A DNA stretch of 64,000 nucleotides from an uncultured Planctomycetaceae bacterium. Lineage in GTDB: Bacteria > Planctomycetota > Planctomycetia > Isosphaerales > Isosphaeraceae. Shown here one piece after another: positions 61,101 to 64,000 of the stretch. The notes below the pieces were generated by a model that was not told where the DNA came from, did no database searches, and was given only the letters and a program-made list of their open reading frames with translations. Every line of letters starts with the position of its first letter. Within the stretch, counting starts at the first letter, position 1. The translations under genes and the position numbers were made by a program. The stretch is taken from the NCBI GenBank assembly GCA_963833985.1, contig CAWIAD010000002.1:5888001-5952000 (forward strand), in the 5' to 3' direction.

Positions 61101-61856
61101 TCTGCCCATGCAACGGCAGCCCTTCAAACGGTCGCCCGGGAGCGGCAGCTTACCCTGAGCACGCTGATCCAGGGGGCGTGGGCCTTAGTACTGAGCCGCT
61201 ACAGCGGTCAGGACGAGGTCCTTTTTGGGGTAACCGTCTCCGGACGCCCCTCCGAGCTTCCCGGCGTGGAGTCCATTGTCGGGATGTTCATCAACGTGCT
61301 CCCCGTGCGCGTCGTCGTGAACGAGGAATCTCTGCTGATACCGTGGTTGCGCCGGCTTCAAATGAACCTCGTCGAGCTGCGCCGCTTCGAGACCGTTCCC
61401 CTTTCACGGATCCAGACATGGAGCAACGTTCCGCCCGGGCAGCCCTTGTTCGAGAGCTTCGTCACCGTCCAGAACCTGCCCTTCGTTGATTCACTCCAGC
61501 GGCACGCCAACCGGCTCGGCATTGAATCGGCACGGTGGATCGAGCGAACTAATTACCCCATCGCCGTGACGGCTTTGCCCGGCGCGGAGCTATCCATCAA
61601 GATCACCTTCGACTCCGTGCGTTTCCTGCCGCATAGCGTCGAGGGCGCGCTCGATCACCTTCAGAGACTGCTCGAGGGAATGGCGTCTGATTGCGAGCGC
61701 CGGCTGATCGACTTGCCCTGGATGACGGAGATCGAGCAAGAGTTCCTGATCGGAAAATCGAATCAGTGCCAGGCTGACCTCGTGGCTGATGATCTGGATA
61801 CCGGCCACTCAGACGAACCAGCGATCGAGGCCTTCATCACAGACCCGGCCGAGTAG
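52150..61856 (+). CDS. Hybrid megasynthase FAAL-ACP-KS-AT(degenerate)-ACP-C-A-PCP-C, frameshifted near 57907
   Basis: [86 protein letters not shown]. ORFs 52150..58056 and 57984..61856 join as [13 protein letters not shown]. Confidence 0.9.
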
Positions 61857-61869
61857 CGCGGAGACAACG

Positions 61870-64000
61870 ATGAGCCAGCTCGAGAGTGATGTGGAACCTG
61901 TCCTGGAGCCTCAGCCAGGACGTAACTCGCAGGCCGATCCAGAGCGCAGCGATCCAGTGCGGACCGAGCCAAGGCCTGTCCACAGGCGGATCGAGGAACA
62001 GGCCGAGCGCAGGCCCGATGCGATCGCGGTTAGCGGCGCGGGTGGCTCACTCAGCTATGCGCAACTGAATGCGCAGGCCAACCGACTGGCCCGGCGCTTA
62101 CGCCGCCTGGGTGTTGGCCCCGAGGTGCTGGTGGGGCTTTGCACTGCGCAGCCCGCGACTGGTGGCGGCCTTGCTGGGCGTGCTCAAGGCGGGTGGAGCC
62201 TATGTGCCGCTGGACCCGTCCTATCCGGCGGAAAGGCTCTCCTACATGCTCGAGGACGCGCGCGTCGGGCTGCTCTTGACCGAAGAGCGGCTGCTGGAAA
62301 AGCTTCCTCGATCCAACGCGCAGGTCCTCTGCCTGGACCGCGATCAGCAAGTGATCGACCGCGAGAGCGCTGCGAGTTTCCAGAGTGGCGTCGTAACGGG
62401 AAATACCGCGTATGTTCTTTACACTTCCGGCTCGACCGGAAAGCCCAAGGGGGTGCAAGTCACGCATGCTGGGCTGACGAACTTGCTGCTATCGATGCGT
62501 CGTCTGCTCTCCATCAGCCAGGAAGATTGCCTGCTCGCGGTGACGACGCTGTCGTTCGATATCGCCGCACTCGAGATCTTCCTGCCCTTGCTGGTTGGTG
62601 CCTGTGTGGAGATTGTGGACCGCGACGAGGCTGCTGACGGGGTGCGGCTTGCGGCGCGGCTTGACGAGCGCGAAATCACGTTCCTCCAGGCGACCCCCGC
62701 GTCCTGGCGCATGCTGCTAGAAGCGGGCTGGCAGGGCAAGGCGACGCTGACCATGCTGTGCGGGGGCGAGGCACTTCCGCGCACGCTGGCGGACCGGCTG
62801 GTCACGAAAGGGCAGGCACTCTGGAATCTGTACGGGCCAACCGAGACGACGATCTGGTCATCGGCCTGCCAGATCGTGGCCGGAGAGCCTTCCATTTCGA
62901 TTGGTAAGCCGATCGCGAACACACGCCTGCTGGTCCTCGACAAGCGTTTGCGGGTCGTACCGATCGGAGTGATCGGCGAGCTTTACATTGGAGGCATGGG
63001 CCTGGCCCGCGGCTATCTGGGCCGCCCGTCACTCACGGCCGAGCGGTTCATCCCCGACCCGTTCGGCCTCCCGGCCGGTGGGCGGCTTTACCGTACCGGA
63101 GACCTTGCTCGCCGGCGCCCCGATGGAACGCTCGAATGTCTAGGTCGGGTTGATCATCAGGTCAAGATCCGCGGCTTTCGTGTGGAACTCGGTGAGATCG
63201 AGGCTGCGCTGACGCAGCACCCCGGCGTGAGCCAGGCCGTCGTCACCGCGCGCCCGGATTCCAGTGGCGAGATGAGCCTGGCCGCCTATGTGGTGCCCCG
63301 CGCCGGGGATAGCCCGGCCAGCGCGGCCGAATGGCGCCGCTGGCTGGTCGGGGTCGTCCCGGAGTACATGGTTCCCACCGCGTTTGTGATGCTGGAAGCG
63401 CTCCCGATGACACCCAATGGGAAGATCGATCGGCAGGCCCTTCCCGATCCCGAGCTGGCGGGAAAACCAGCGAGCGTCAGCTTTGTCCCGCCACGCGGGC
63501 CGATCGAGGAGGCGATTGCCGAGCTCTGGACCGAACTGCTCGGCGACGGCCCCTTCGGCGCCCATGACAGCTTCTTCGATCGGGGTGGCCATTCGCTGCT
63601 GGCCGTGCGTTTGCTGGCGCGAATTCGCCAGACCTTCGATGTCGAGACGCCGCTCAAGGACTTTCTTGAGGAACCGACGCTTGCGCGGCTGGCGCGCCTG
63701 GTGGAGCAGTGCTTGAAGGAAGGAACGGGGCACCAGGCTCCGCCGATCGAGCAAGTCCATCGCCAGGGACCATTGCCGGCGTCCTTCGCACAGCAACGTC
63801 TCTGGTACCTCGACCAGCTTGATCCCGGTCGCGCTTCCTACAACATTCCTGTCGCTGTACGCCTTGCGGGCCGGCTTGATCTTCGCGCTTTCGAGCGCGC
63901 GCTCAATGAAACGATCAGGCGGCACGAGGTGCTGCGCACCATCCTCGTTGACGAAGGCGGAATTCCCCATCAGGTCATCATGCCCCGGCTGGAGATCACA
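61870..64000 (+). CDS. NRPS A-PCP-C..., partial; frameshifted near 62148
   Basis: Manual translation after the shift gives [57 protein letters not shown] and the C-domain start SFAQQRLW. Confidence 0.9.

Overview
High-GC DNA, very probably from a planctomycete (Isosphaeraceae-like), judged from DUF1559, DUF1580 and an LEERQLL extracellular motif. It has four blocks. (1) 1-20.5 kb is a tightly packed minus-strand glycan operon: a GH-A/GT2 fusion, two paralogous GT-like proteins, a DUF1559 prepilin-like gene, a lipoprotein, an MsbA/NdvA-type ABC exporter, three GT2 proteins sharing an unnamed ~110-aa domain (one is a sulfotransferase-like/coiled-coil/tandem-GT2 protein), a TylF-type and a second methyltransferase. 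(2) 21-33.3 kb holds an NHL/Ig surface protein and decayed mobile DNA: an IS21 between two inverted copies of another transposon end, an IS1634, gene remnants, DUF1580 and a tyrosine integrase abutting tRNA-Ala(CGC). (3) 33.4-47.2 kb is housekeeping-like: a glycosidase, SIS, SDR, RidA, a VPS10/BNR protein, aguB/aguA, a pseudouridine synthase, pyrK, a UVR-motif protein and tRNA-Lys(CTT). (4) 47.6-64 kb has an SGNH/lectin/HExxH fusion, AKR, thioredoxin and the start of an MbtH + FAAL-PKS-NRPS lipopeptide cluster that runs off the window. At least six genes, including pyrK, carry 1-2 bp frameshifts that look like sequencing errors. All calls are by eye; no database search was run.
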